Assembly: GCA_964558645.1 (NCBI GenBank)
Contig: CAZLEV010000009.1
Coordinates: forward strand, 27,568-91,567
DNA length: 64,000 nucleotides
Direction of reading: 5' to 3'
Source of the DNA: an uncultured archaeon
GTDB lineage: Archaea; Asgardarchaeota; Thorarchaeia; Thorarchaeales; Thorarchaeaceae
Shown: piece by piece, positions 19,596 through 28,921 of the stretch
How positions within the stretch are numbered: position 1 is the stretch's first letter
Layout of the letters: the number at the start of each line of letters is the position of its first letter
Position numbers and translations under genes: made by a program
The notes under the pieces: model-generated
What the model was told of the DNA's origin: nothing
Database searches by the model: none
What the model saw: only the letters and a program-made list of their open reading frames with translations

Positions 19596-21311
19596 CTAGA
19601 ATATCTTGGGTTCGTCCCACTCGCCAAATGCATCTCGCCATACATCGCAGATTTCGCCCACCGAAGCGTACGCGCGGACAGCTCTCACGACATGCGGCAT
19701 CACGTTGTCTTTGCCCTCGGACGCCTTGCGTAAAGCATCCAGAGCAGCTCGAACCTCTTTGTTGTCCCGTTCACGCCGCACTCTCTCAAGACGTTCAACT
19801 TGTTTCTTCTCGACTTCGGGATCTATCTTTAGAACAGGAATTGTGATATCCTCATCCTCTAGGACGTAGTCATTAACACCCACAATGGTCCGCTTGTTAT
19901 CCTCAATTTCTTTCTGATATCTATAGGATGCATTGGCAATCTCACGTTGGAAGAATCCCTTCTCTATCGCCGGGATTACACCGCCAAGAGCCTCCACCTT
20001 GTCGAAATAATCGTAGGCCTCTTCCTCGAGTTCGTTCGTGAGGCTTTCGACGTAGTATGAACCGGCAAGGGGGTCGATAGTACTAGCAGCACCACTCTCA
20101 TGAGCAAGGACTTGTTGAGTGCGCAAAGCCACCCTCACAGCATCTTCAGTGGGGAGACAGAGGGCCTCATCCATTGAGTTTGTGTGGAGCGACTGAGTCC
20201 CTCCAAGAACCGCAGCCAGCGCCTGATATGCAGTTCGTACAACATTGACCATAGGCTGCTGAGCTGTGAGGGAACACCCTGCAGTCTGTGTGTGGAAACG
20301 CATCCAGAGGGAACGTCCTTTTGCTCCAAATCGTTCCTTCATCTCTCTAGCCCAGATGCGGCGGGCAGCACGGAACTTAGCAACTTCCTCGAAAATATCA
20401 TTGTGTGAATTGAAGAAGAATGAGAGGCGGGGAGCAAATGCATTCACATCCAAGCCACGTTTCTTACCCCAGCGAACGTATTCTAGGCCATTCATCAGGG
20501 TGAATGCCAGTTCTTGAGCAGCTGTAGAACCAGCCTCTCGTATATGATAACCAGAGATGCTGATGGTATTCCATCGAGGGATGTGTTCTGTTGCATACTC
20601 TATAATGTCCGTGATTATACGGAGGGAAGGCTCTGGACTGTAGATCCAGGACTTCTGTGCCTGATATTCTTTCAGAAGGTCGTTCTGAATGGTTCCTCCA
20701 ATCTTGTCAGCAGGGACCCCCTGTTTCTCGGCTGTAACCATATACATAGCAAGCAGAATGGAGGCTGGGGCATTGATGGTCATGCTTGTGGTGACCTTGT
20801 CAAGGGGTATTCCTGAGAACAGAACCTCCATGTCTTTGAGGGTATCAATCGCAACACCAAGCTTGCCAACCTCGCCCAAGGAGTACGGATGGTCAGAATC
20901 ACGACCGAAGATTGTAGGGAGATGGAAGGCAACACTCAGACCAGTCTGTCCATGGTTAAGCAGAAATTTGTAGCGCTGATTGGACTCCTCAGCTGTGCCC
21001 ATTCCAGCAAACTGCCGCATGGTCCAAATTCGCCCCCGATACATGGTGGGCTGTACCCCACGTGTATATGGAAACTCGCTGGGAAAACCAAGATCTTTTA
21101 GGTAGTCAAAATCTAGGATATCAAGGGGAGTGTATATCCTGCGAACCGTCTTGCTCGATGTTGTAACAAACTCATCCTTCCGTTCGGGATGCTTCTCAAG
21201 GTGATTAGCCAGAGTCTTTGCTTCCCATTGCTTCTTAGCTCGCTGAATATCCCCAAAAGTGTTAGTCTCAGCGTCCTCTTCAGAGGTGTTTTCTGCCTTC
21301 TTGACGACCAT
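19596..21311 (-). CDS. Acyl-CoA mutase large subunit, isobutyryl-CoA-mutase type
   Basis: MCM-family motifs, but WTMRQFAG (Phe) and [10 protein letters not shown] (Gln) at the specificity positions. Confidence 0.85.
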   Translation of the reverse strand: MVVKKAENTSEEDAETNTFGDIQRAKKQWEAKTLANHLEKHPERKDEFVTTSSKTVRRIYTPLDILDFDYLKDLGFPSEFPYTRGVQPTMYRGRIWTMRQFAGMGTAEESNQRYKFLLNHGQTGLSVAFHLPTIFGRDSDHPYSLGEVGKLGVAIDTLKDMEVLFSGIPLDKVTTSMTINAPASILLAMYMVTAEKQGVPADKIGGTIQNDLLKEYQAQKSWIYSPEPSLRIITDIIEYATEHIPRWNTISISGYHIREAGSTAAQELAFTLMNGLEYVRWGKKRGLDVNAFAPRLSFFFNSHNDIFEEVAKFRAARRIWAREMKERFGAKGRSLWMRFHTQTAGCSLTAQQPMVNVVRTAYQALAAVLGGTQSLHTNSMDEALCLPTEDAVRVALRTQQVLAHESGAASTIDPLAGSYYVESLTNELEEEAYDYFDKVEALGGVIPAIEKGFFQREIANASYRYQKEIEDNKRTIVGVNDYVLEDEDITIPVLKIDPEVEKKQVERLERVRRERDNKEVRAALDALRKASEGKDNVMPHVVRAVRAYASVGEICDVWRDAFGEWDEPKIF

Positions 21312-21383
21312 GAAAGTCTACTCCCAGTTGATGCGACAGGCTCAAGTCCTGCAGTGGAAGATATTAACTGTTCGTTTTGAGTG

Positions 21384-21947
21384 TCAGTACTCGAAACCAC
21401 GTCGAGCCAGTAGCTTCTTCTCTTGATAATAGTGTTTGACCTCACGCATCTCGGTCACCAAGTCAGCAGCATCTATGACGGCCTCATGTGCATAGCGACC
21501 CGTCATGATCAACTCAACGTCATCAGGCCTCATCTCTATCAGACGCAGCTGGTCTTCCAACGCGATAAGATTCCATTCCACGGCCACATTGATCTCGTCG
21601 AGAATCAACACGTCACAGGTGTGCTTAGAGAGTGCCTCTTGAGCCATTCTGAGACCACGCTGTGCCATCTCGATGTCTATTGGGTCTGGGTTCTCCTTGT
21701 CAACAAAACTCTGACGCCCCACGGGGATGATCATCATGTTTGGAATCTTCTCTGTAGACTTGAACTCACCGTAGTTGATCTCCTCCCCGTTGCCACGTTC
21801 GGCAACCTTAGCCTTCATGAAGCAAATCATGAGGACCTCGAGTCCGTGACCTGCAGCCCTTATCCCAGCACCGAGCGCGCAGGTGGTCTTCCCCTTGCCA
21901 TTTCCCGTGTAGACCTGTACTTGCCCCTGAATCAAGGGAGTGCCCAT
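21384..21947 (-). CDS. cobO: Cob(I)alamin adenosyltransferase (CobO/BtuR type)
   Basis: YTGNGKGKTT, ILDEIN, TGRYA, ADLVTEM..VKH, ARRGFEY. Confidence 0.93.
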   Translation of the reverse strand: MGTPLIQGQVQVYTGNGKGKTTCALGAGIRAAGHGLEVLMICFMKAKVAERGNGEEINYGEFKSTEKIPNMMIIPVGRQSFVDKENPDPIDIEMAQRGLRMAQEALSKHTCDVLILDEINVAVEWNLIALEDQLRLIEMRPDDVELIMTGRYAHEAVIDAADLVTEMREVKHYYQEKKLLARRGFEY

Positions 21948-21956
21948 TCTAAGATC

Positions 21957-22589
21957 TCACCCTCTCACTTTCAGAATCATCTTCGCTACTCTCTCACCAG
22001 CAAGCCGGCTTGCATCGATCGCCAACTGGTCGTCCTCACTAGAACGCCATTTCCCTTCGTCAGTCTGCATGCTGCCTGCACCAAAGAAGCCTCCCTTGAC
22101 GGGACTGCCCACAGCCCCCACAACAATCATGCCCTGTGTTAGGGCATAACGATTCAGCAGATCAATGACAGGTTCCTGACCACCGTATCGGAGACCTGCG
22201 TAGGTGATGGTAGAGAATACCTTATCCTTGAGCTCGTGGTCATTCATCTTCAGCGGTCTTGAACGGTCCATGAAATCCTTCAGAAGACCGGGAACTGACG
22301 TGAAATAAGATGGGGCGGCAATGATGATGCCATCAGCCGAACGCAGCTCATCTTCGATTTTCGCCATGTCATCTTTCTCGCTTTCCGGACAGGGTTTCTT
22401 CCGGACACAGGCATCGCAACCCGTGCAGCGGCGAATCTCGTATTCCACAAGATTGAGAATCACGGCAGCGTATTCGCCAATATTCGCCTCTGCGAGGACT
22501 TCAGTTGCTGCAGCTATAGCCTCCTCTAGAAGCAGTCTAGTGTTCGAGTTTCTCTCTTTCGGTGAACCACAGATTCCAACAATCTTCAT
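21957..22589 (-). CDS. Iron-sulfur flavoprotein (flavodoxin family)
   Basis: MKIVGICGSP, CTGCDAC..C, PSYF..VPG.LK.FMDR, GGQE. Confidence 0.85.
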   Translation of the reverse strand: MKIVGICGSPKERNSNTRLLLEEAIAAATEVLAEANIGEYAAVILNLVEYEIRRCTGCDACVRKKPCPESEKDDMAKIEDELRSADGIIIAAPSYFTSVPGLLKDFMDRSRPLKMNDHELKDKVFSTITYAGLRYGGQEPVIDLLNRYALTQGMIVVGAVGSPVKGGFFGAGSMQTDEGKWRSSEDDQLAIDASRLAGERVAKMILKVRG

Positions 22590-22747
22590 GACAACGCACT
22601 CTGACCTGACTGAATCAACCATTTCCTCTACTTACTTCTTTCGTATGGAGGGGGATAGAATCTCGCTCGAGGAGTAGGCCTTCCAATGACTAGCAGCTGC
22701 AAGTTGTCATCGAGTGTCATTTTGTGCGAGTCTGCCATTGCGGACGA

Positions 22748-24757
22748 CTATACATTTTGTCGACTACGGACGACAAGTACGGTGACTACACCAATCACAC
22801 CTAGAGAAGATAAGGTGACTATCAGTCCCAAATCAACCTGGATAGGCAAGAGTCCCCCTTCGGGTGAACGATTCGTGAATTCATACGCAGCAACGATTAT
22901 CTTCTCCGAGAAACTTGTAGATCCCACAACGTAAGCCAGACCGTTGCTACCGACTGTGAGAAAGGCAGGTTGATTCCAGCAATCATCGTGGATTTCATCT
23001 AGGATTTCAGCCCATACATGATTGAGGTAGGCGTCAAATCTCATGAGTGAGTGATATCCCCATAGTCTATCCGCTATGCCTAGAAAGGCGATTGAACCAT
23101 CATGTGCTTCTGCAATTGTCATCTCACCCCAAGACGAAACAAAGACATCTTGATAGACCAAAAACGGTACGAAGGTAGAGGATTCACTAGCCCCGTCAAA
23201 CCCTATCTCATGAACCTGAATCCTTGCAGAGTCCGAAGACTTTGTGACCGCGTAGATTCCGCCAGCCCTTCGAGCAGAGATTGTTCTGAATGTGTCCTCG
23301 ACAGTCCAGATTGTGTTACCTGACATGTCCAGCTTCACTACCATCGGGGTGGTTTGGTTTCCAAACAGGCACAACACATAGACACCATCCTCCTGAATGA
23401 CCTCAAGGTCGACTGGAAAGATGTCTGGACCAGGGAGTACTTGCCGGTTCCATACAAGCTGCCCGTCAGCTGTCCACTTCTGAATAGTTGCTGTAGTATA
23501 GGGAGTTCCTGAACCATTGTAGGCCACAAACTCAGCTATGCTGTATATCTCATCATCACCGCCAGAATCTATGTCCACCGCACGCCAGTCTCCCGACGAG
23601 GAATGCTCCTGATTCGTGCCCCACTCAAGAACCCCTGCGGCGTTCCATTTCATGACGAGTAGACTCTTTCCTGATCCAGAACCGAAGCGAGTGCCAATCA
23701 AGTAGAGATTGCCTATGGAGTCGCACGCTATTCCAGCAGCTATTGAACTGCCATAGGTTGACTCGTCTGTTCTCCAGTTCTGAATACAGTCCGAGCGGAA
23801 CCTCATCACAGATATTGTTCTATTGCTCGTGTCCGAATCTAGGAAGTCACTGGCAATATAGAACTCCCCATTAGGGCTTGCAGCTATATCGCGGATATGG
23901 TAGTGGTCTTCTTGAACAGCGATAGACTCATTGTACACTGGCATCTCGCGGATTAAGTCAGTACCAAAGTCACCCCAGACAACTAGCTCCAAGTAGTCCA
24001 CACGAAGTGACACGGTTCCTTCATAATACTCCCAAGGGTGGCTATCACCAAACGATTGAAACTCTGATGTTGGGGCCAGCCCGACAGCAATCTGGAAAGT
24101 ATCGGCGGGATCGTCCTGATTCCCGTCTTCATCTTCTACCATCCCATCCCAAACTGCCGAGATATCGAAGTAGTTGAGATTGATTTCCCTATCACGGAAA
24201 GACTCGCTGTACGGAGGGGACGATTCGTATATCATTCTCCAGTTGTTGGATGAGTCAATTAGCCAGACATACACTCTGAACATCAGACCAGCCCATTCAT
24301 CAACTGCGAAGGTGCCAGTTGTTGTTATGGAGAATATGGTCGTGATATCAGCATTTTTTGGCATTTCTTCATAGGGCCACTCCAGAGTATAAGAAAAATA
24401 CAGGAAATCCCTGCAATCTGGCTTCTCAGGGTCAGTTGGGCCACTGAAATCGAGCTCTGTACCTGCCTCGTGTGTCCAGTTACACACTACAACACCATCA
24501 TCATCAGAGTACGTGATGTGTCCATGCGTGAACTCATCTGAATCCCCTTCGACGAAGAAGTCTGGAGCCAGACCGAGAGATGGCGTTTCCATCCAAGGGT
24601 GCGGTAGCATATCAGCGGTTTTGAAGTAGTTAGACGCAGTGGTTGACCGTATTGGAGAGAAAACGAAGCTAGAAGTCAACACAAAAGAGAGAGTAACTAG
24701 TGATAATAAGAGCACTTGACTGACCGATTTCACGGAAATGGCCTCCCAACAGACCAT
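22748..24757 (-). CDS. Secreted, C-terminally anchored protein with beta-propeller repeats
   Basis: Signal peptide, acidic ectodomain, repeats such as KWNAAGVLEW, KWTADGQLVW and KLDMSGNTIW, C-terminal TM. Confidence 0.7.
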   Translation of the reverse strand: MVCWEAISVKSVSQVLLLSLVTLSFVLTSSFVFSPIRSTTASNYFKTADMLPHPWMETPSLGLAPDFFVEGDSDEFTHGHITYSDDDGVVVCNWTHEAGTELDFSGPTDPEKPDCRDFLYFSYTLEWPYEEMPKNADITTIFSITTTGTFAVDEWAGLMFRVYVWLIDSSNNWRMIYESSPPYSESFRDREINLNYFDISAVWDGMVEDEDGNQDDPADTFQIAVGLAPTSEFQSFGDSHPWEYYEGTVSLRVDYLELVVWGDFGTDLIREMPVYNESIAVQEDHYHIRDIAASPNGEFYIASDFLDSDTSNRTISVMRFRSDCIQNWRTDESTYGSSIAAGIACDSIGNLYLIGTRFGSGSGKSLLVMKWNAAGVLEWGTNQEHSSSGDWRAVDIDSGGDDEIYSIAEFVAYNGSGTPYTTATIQKWTADGQLVWNRQVLPGPDIFPVDLEVIQEDGVYVLCLFGNQTTPMVVKLDMSGNTIWTVEDTFRTISARRAGGIYAVTKSSDSARIQVHEIGFDGASESSTFVPFLVYQDVFVSSWGEMTIAEAHDGSIAFLGIADRLWGYHSLMRFDAYLNHVWAEILDEIHDDCWNQPAFLTVGSNGLAYVVGSTSFSEKIIVAAYEFTNRSPEGGLLPIQVDLGLIVTLSSLGVIGVVTVLVVRSRQNV

Positions 24758-24920
24758 ACTACATGATGTTTCTGAAAAGTGTTGCTGTTACAAAAGCGAA
24801 TACCTCGTCCACGATGTAATCGAACACATTGCATGGAGATTCCCTCTTCCAGCATCTGTGTGTCTGAAAATCAGCAGCAAGGAAACCAGATCAATAGGTC
24901 ACCAATAGAATGTGACACGT

Positions 24921-25667
24921 TCAGCTGATCAGCGACTCGAAAGCGTGCGCAATCTCGCTAGCAGCTTGCATTGCCTGAATTATGCCATCTCCCAAATAGG
25001 GTGCTACTGCAATGGTGTAGGTTCCAACGCCCATCACTTGGACATCATAGCCAAAGACCTGAAGGGTGGTGGGAACCATATCAGGTTCTAAGTGAAATGT
25101 CTCACCAAGAATCTCCTCTCGGATATGCGAGAGATGATCTTCTGGTACGTTCCCACTTACCATCTCACCGACGATGTTCAGAACACCTGCATAGGCGACC
25201 GGGTAAGACTCTAGGACTCGGTCTAAGGTTTCTTGGAGTCGGGACTCAACATGTCGATTCGTCTTCAAGAGGTCTATGGAGGTATAGCTCTCAATCAGAG
25301 AGTCGAACCCCTCCACGTCACCGAAGTCTCCCGACCAAGAAGCAATTGTTGACCCGTAATGTCTGACAATCGCGTGGCCAATGGACAAAACCAACTTCTT
25401 CAATGTGGTCTGGGCAGCAGTGTATCTTGACTGAAGCACAACGGAAAAACGGCCGAAGAAGGCGTAGAGCCAGAGTGTTCCGTTCTGCCTCAGGACATAG
25501 GAACTCTCGGTTCTCGCACTCGTGGAGGACTGCAGGAGTAGGGCGCACGCACGGGCATGTGGGGGTATTGACTCGGGTCCGATGGCCTGCCCTTCTGTGA
25601 AGGATCGCCCATAGACTGCGTCACCGTTGTCTTTCAGAACATAGACACAATCTATCACTTGGTCCAC
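24921..25667 (-). CDS. Longin-like domain followed by a roadblock/profilin-like domain
   Basis: N-terminus IDCVYVLKDNGDAVYGRSF is typical of longins. C-terminal half has helix, YAGVLNIVGEMVSG, helix, strands, helix. Confidence 0.55.
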   Translation of the reverse strand: MDQVIDCVYVLKDNGDAVYGRSFTEGQAIGPESIPPHARACALLLQSSTSARTESSYVLRQNGTLWLYAFFGRFSVVLQSRYTAAQTTLKKLVLSIGHAIVRHYGSTIASWSGDFGDVEGFDSLIESYTSIDLLKTNRHVESRLQETLDRVLESYPVAYAGVLNIVGEMVSGNVPEDHLSHIREEILGETFHLEPDMVPTTLQVFGYDVQVMGVGTYTIAVAPYLGDGIIQAMQAASEIAHAFESLIS

Positions 25668-25766
25668 CCTCTCGAACGGATGAGAGTTCTAATCATAAGA
25701 GTTGTCTGTAGATACTCATCCATTGGGTTTTTATCTGGAAGACTGTCTAGCATGCAATGACTACCG

Positions 25767-26081
25767 ATGCCTCCAAGAAAGAAGAAGGAAAGCCCATTCC
25801 AGAAACGAACCAGGTATGATATCTATGCCGAGGTCATCAGAGTCATCACCATCTATGGGTACGCCCCCTTGACCAGAACAGCAAGATCAACCAACATGCC
25901 TGTTGACAGGGCAAAGGAAACCATTGAATATATGGTGGAGAGAGGCCTGCTCGAGGAGGAGGAAGAGGACGGCCACACCCTGTACTATGTGACTGTGAGA
26001 GGGCATCAATACCTCGAGCTCTACAAACGAATTGCAGGCCTTGTGGGTATTCCCATGCCTGAGCCGATAATTGGCATGTAG
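25767..26081 (+). CDS. Winged-helix transcriptional regulator
   Basis: KRTRYDIYAEVI..LTRTAR..YMVERGLL..YYVTVRG..YL. Confidence 0.85.
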   Translation: MPPRKKKESPFQKRTRYDIYAEVIRVITIYGYAPLTRTARSTNMPVDRAKETIEYMVERGLLEEEEEDGHTLYYVTVRGHQYLELYKRIAGLVGIPMPEPIIGM

Positions 26082-26194
26082 AGGCCATTTCGCGATAGTC
26101 ACATCTTGTGACCTTCTATTGTGAATCCGCTTTATATGCACAGACTTGAATCTTGATAGTGAAGAACACTAAACCGACACGGAGGTCGGTAACC

Positions 26195-27439
26195 ATGGCT
26201 GAGAAACAGAAATTCGAAAAGCAAGAACGCGTCGAACTCGGAACATTCGAGGGAGACGTAGAAATCAAAGACTGCCAATACTTGGTCCCTCAACAGGGAA
26301 ACACCATTGTGATTGGGGGTACATTGAGAATAGATGGGGACACAACCATTGAGGGCTCTGTCAAGGCGTATGCTCTCGAGGCAAAGACCAGGGACCGAAT
26401 CATCATTGAAGGTGATCTTGAGATAGAAACCACGGCAAAGGTCGACAAGGGAAGCCTGGAGGTTCATGGCTCTGTAAAAGCGAAACAGATTGAGGCAGAC
26501 GGGTCGCTCTCTATCGATGGAAACCTGAATTGTGGTGCCGCAAAGGGTGGCGGTTCGCTAAGGGTCGGAGGTAATGCAGTCGCACAGAGGCTCATGGGCG
26601 GCGGGTCTGTCAAAGTTGAAGGCGATGCGAAGGCAGAACGGATTAACGCAGGGGGCTCCGTCAAGATTGGAGGAATGATTGATACTGATGAACTCCGCGT
26701 CGGAGGATCAGGTAAGTGTACCACAGGACGAATCGGAAAGGTCGAGATTGGTGGCAGCTTCAAGGCAACAGGTGCGATAGAGGTTGATGAGATAGATGTC
26801 GGCGGCTCAGCAGTGGTTGGGCCCGGCTCGAAAGTTGCAGACGTTGACGTTGGCGGGGCATTCAAGTCTACTGGCGGAATCGCCTTTGGAACTATAGATG
26901 TCGGTGGGGCTGTAAAGCTTGGTGGCGACTCCAAGGGCGCGTTCGTTGATGTCGGTGGTGCCTTGAAAGTAGAGGGATCATTGGAATCTGTCGACGGCTT
27001 TGATGTCGGGGGAAAGGCTGTCATTCAGGGTAAACTGATGTCCAGCGATACAATAAAGGTAGGTGGGACTCTCATCGTAGATGACGAGATCGAGACCTAT
27101 CGTATTGCGGTTGGAGGACGAGTGGAGGCTAAACGGATTAATGCCTCTGATGGCTTCAGAATCGGTAAGCGAGGAGAGGTCAAAGGTCCGGTTCGGTCAC
27201 GAGAGATACTGGTCAGAGAGCGTGCACGAACTGATGACCTATACGGTGAGGACATACGGATTGAAGAGAGGGCCAGGGTTGGCTCGGTCTATGGAAAGGA
27301 TGTCTATATTGAACGTGATGCAATCGTCGAGGGCGAGCTGCTCTACACTAACTCGCTTGATGTTGAAGAGGGGGCGAAGCTTCGGAAAGAGAGCAAGAAG
27401 GTCGACCAGCTGCCAGACGCAGATGATGTACTGGAGTAA
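26195..27439 (+). CDS. Bactofilin/polymer-forming cytoskeletal beta-helix protein
   Basis: Many ~17-aa Gly/Val repeats (VGGSxKVxGxx). ATG 26195 follows a GGAGGT SD-like site. Confidence 0.75.
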   Translation: MAEKQKFEKQERVELGTFEGDVEIKDCQYLVPQQGNTIVIGGTLRIDGDTTIEGSVKAYALEAKTRDRIIIEGDLEIETTAKVDKGSLEVHGSVKAKQIEADGSLSIDGNLNCGAAKGGGSLRVGGNAVAQRLMGGGSVKVEGDAKAERINAGGSVKIGGMIDTDELRVGGSGKCTTGRIGKVEIGGSFKATGAIEVDEIDVGGSAVVGPGSKVADVDVGGAFKSTGGIAFGTIDVGGAVKLGGDSKGAFVDVGGALKVEGSLESVDGFDVGGKAVIQGKLMSSDTIKVGGTLIVDDEIETYRIAVGGRVEAKRINASDGFRIGKRGEVKGPVRSREILVRERARTDDLYGEDIRIEERARVGSVYGKDVYIERDAIVEGELLYTNSLDVEEGAKLRKESKKVDQLPDADDVLE

Positions 27440-27646
27440 GATGACTGCACTGCCATGGTTTCCTGAAACATGAAGGGGTAGGGTCCGCCCAATCCCTTCT
27501 CCCTCATCCGTGTACCTTTTTTCTTTTAATATGCAACAGATGATGTGTCTTGATGACCATAACTACAATGGCACTGACAATACCTACCCCTTCTTTTGGC
27601 GTGTTTTGTCATCCTTTGGTGTTCGCACGGGAGAAGACGGCCAATC

Positions 27647-28417
27647 TCAAGTCTTCTCAAGAATCATGATTCGGCGAGAGGATTTAGAGTGATAACGTGC
27701 CTTATCAAACCCCCCAAATTCGTCCACGAGGCGAAATCTCGCTGACTTCACAAGCAGATCAGCTTCACGGTTGTAGATGAGCGCCGCTCCGGACATAATC
27801 CGTATCTCTTTGTTCCATGCATCTTCGTCGCTCCCCGGATCACGCACTTTATACGTGAGCTCAACGCGCATGAGTTGGCGAACTAGATCGCACTCGATAA
27901 CTCCTTGTCTTTTGACTATCCTTCCGTCAGGAAGTTCTACGGGGTTTTCTTCAAATCTTGAATGCTCATCCATTGTGCCCGCTGGATACAAATCTAGTAT
28001 GAATACTCCATCTGGAGAGAGATGACGATGGATGCATCCCAAGGTTGCGAGCTGGTCTTCTGTGGTCATAGCATGCCCGAAAGACGCGGGGATAATGATT
28101 AGCTTGAAGACCTTATCGAGGTCAAAATCACACATATCAGCTTCAACCAACGATATCCGCCCTTGAACTTCTGAATCCAACTCGTCCATCTCTGCCATGA
28201 AGTGATTGATCATGGACGGCGAGTTCTCAACAGCAGTTACTTCGAAGCCATGACCTGCAAGATATCGAGATACGCGTCCTGTTCCAGCTCCTATGTCGAG
28301 AACGGGATCACCTTGTTTTCGGGCATAATCGAGATAGAAGGGCAAATCTTCTTGTGTTGAGAAGTAGTCATAGAACTCGGCAACTCCCTCGTAGGAGGGG
28401 CCCAAATCTTCTTCCAA
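27647..28417 (-). CDS. Class I SAM-dependent methyltransferase
   Basis: VLDIGAGTGR, ADMCDF, HLSPDGVFILD. Confidence 0.9.
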   Translation of the reverse strand: MEEDLGPSYEGVAEFYDYFSTQEDLPFYLDYARKQGDPVLDIGAGTGRVSRYLAGHGFEVTAVENSPSMINHFMAEMDELDSEVQGRISLVEADMCDFDLDKVFKLIIIPASFGHAMTTEDQLATLGCIHRHLSPDGVFILDLYPAGTMDEHSRFEENPVELPDGRIVKRQGVIECDLVRQLMRVELTYKVRDPGSDEDAWNKEIRIMSGAALIYNREADLLVKSARFRLVDEFGGFDKARYHSKSSRRIMILEKT

Positions 28418-28921
28418 TCGATCTTAGCTCCTGTTTCGCACATACTTGGATGTGTGGTATTCCAATAAAAGAAAGAAGGTGTGCGTCAAGTAGGCCTCGA
28501 TACTTCAGAGAGCCCACAGACGCAATAAGAATCACCTGAAGTGGCGCCTCTTCGAGGTCGCCTGACGGCGTTTACTCAGCGAGATACCGGCCCCTTTGCG
28601 TTCATCCGGAACAGAAAGCACAAAGGGCCTGTCGGCCGTCATGCGTTGGACCATCACGCCCATTCTGTCCTCTTCAGGCCATTGGTCAAGAGGCATGTTC
28701 TCAAACATCACCTTTCTCTCACTCATGGTCTTATCACTTCCATTAGAGATAGCTCACTGTTCGGCCCCTGCAATCAAAAGGCAGTTGCCCAGCGGGTCGA
28801 CTCGTCCATAATCGAGTCTGCAAGGTAGACATTCTTGGGGTGTTTCAATTCCCGTATCACTATATTTCGGAAGAAGAAATATCAATTTTACGACTCTCAG
28901 CAAAAAGTGCGAGATCCCAGT

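Noticed and set aside
27539-27578. TGATGA...CTGA resembling a C/D box sRNA
   Set aside because: Only one well-spaced C/D pair; the C-D'-C'-D layout is not convincing.
28532-28726. 64-aa minus-strand ORF (MSERKVMFEN...)
   Set aside because: Plausible start but no recognisable family. It may be a gene fragment; I cannot support a call.
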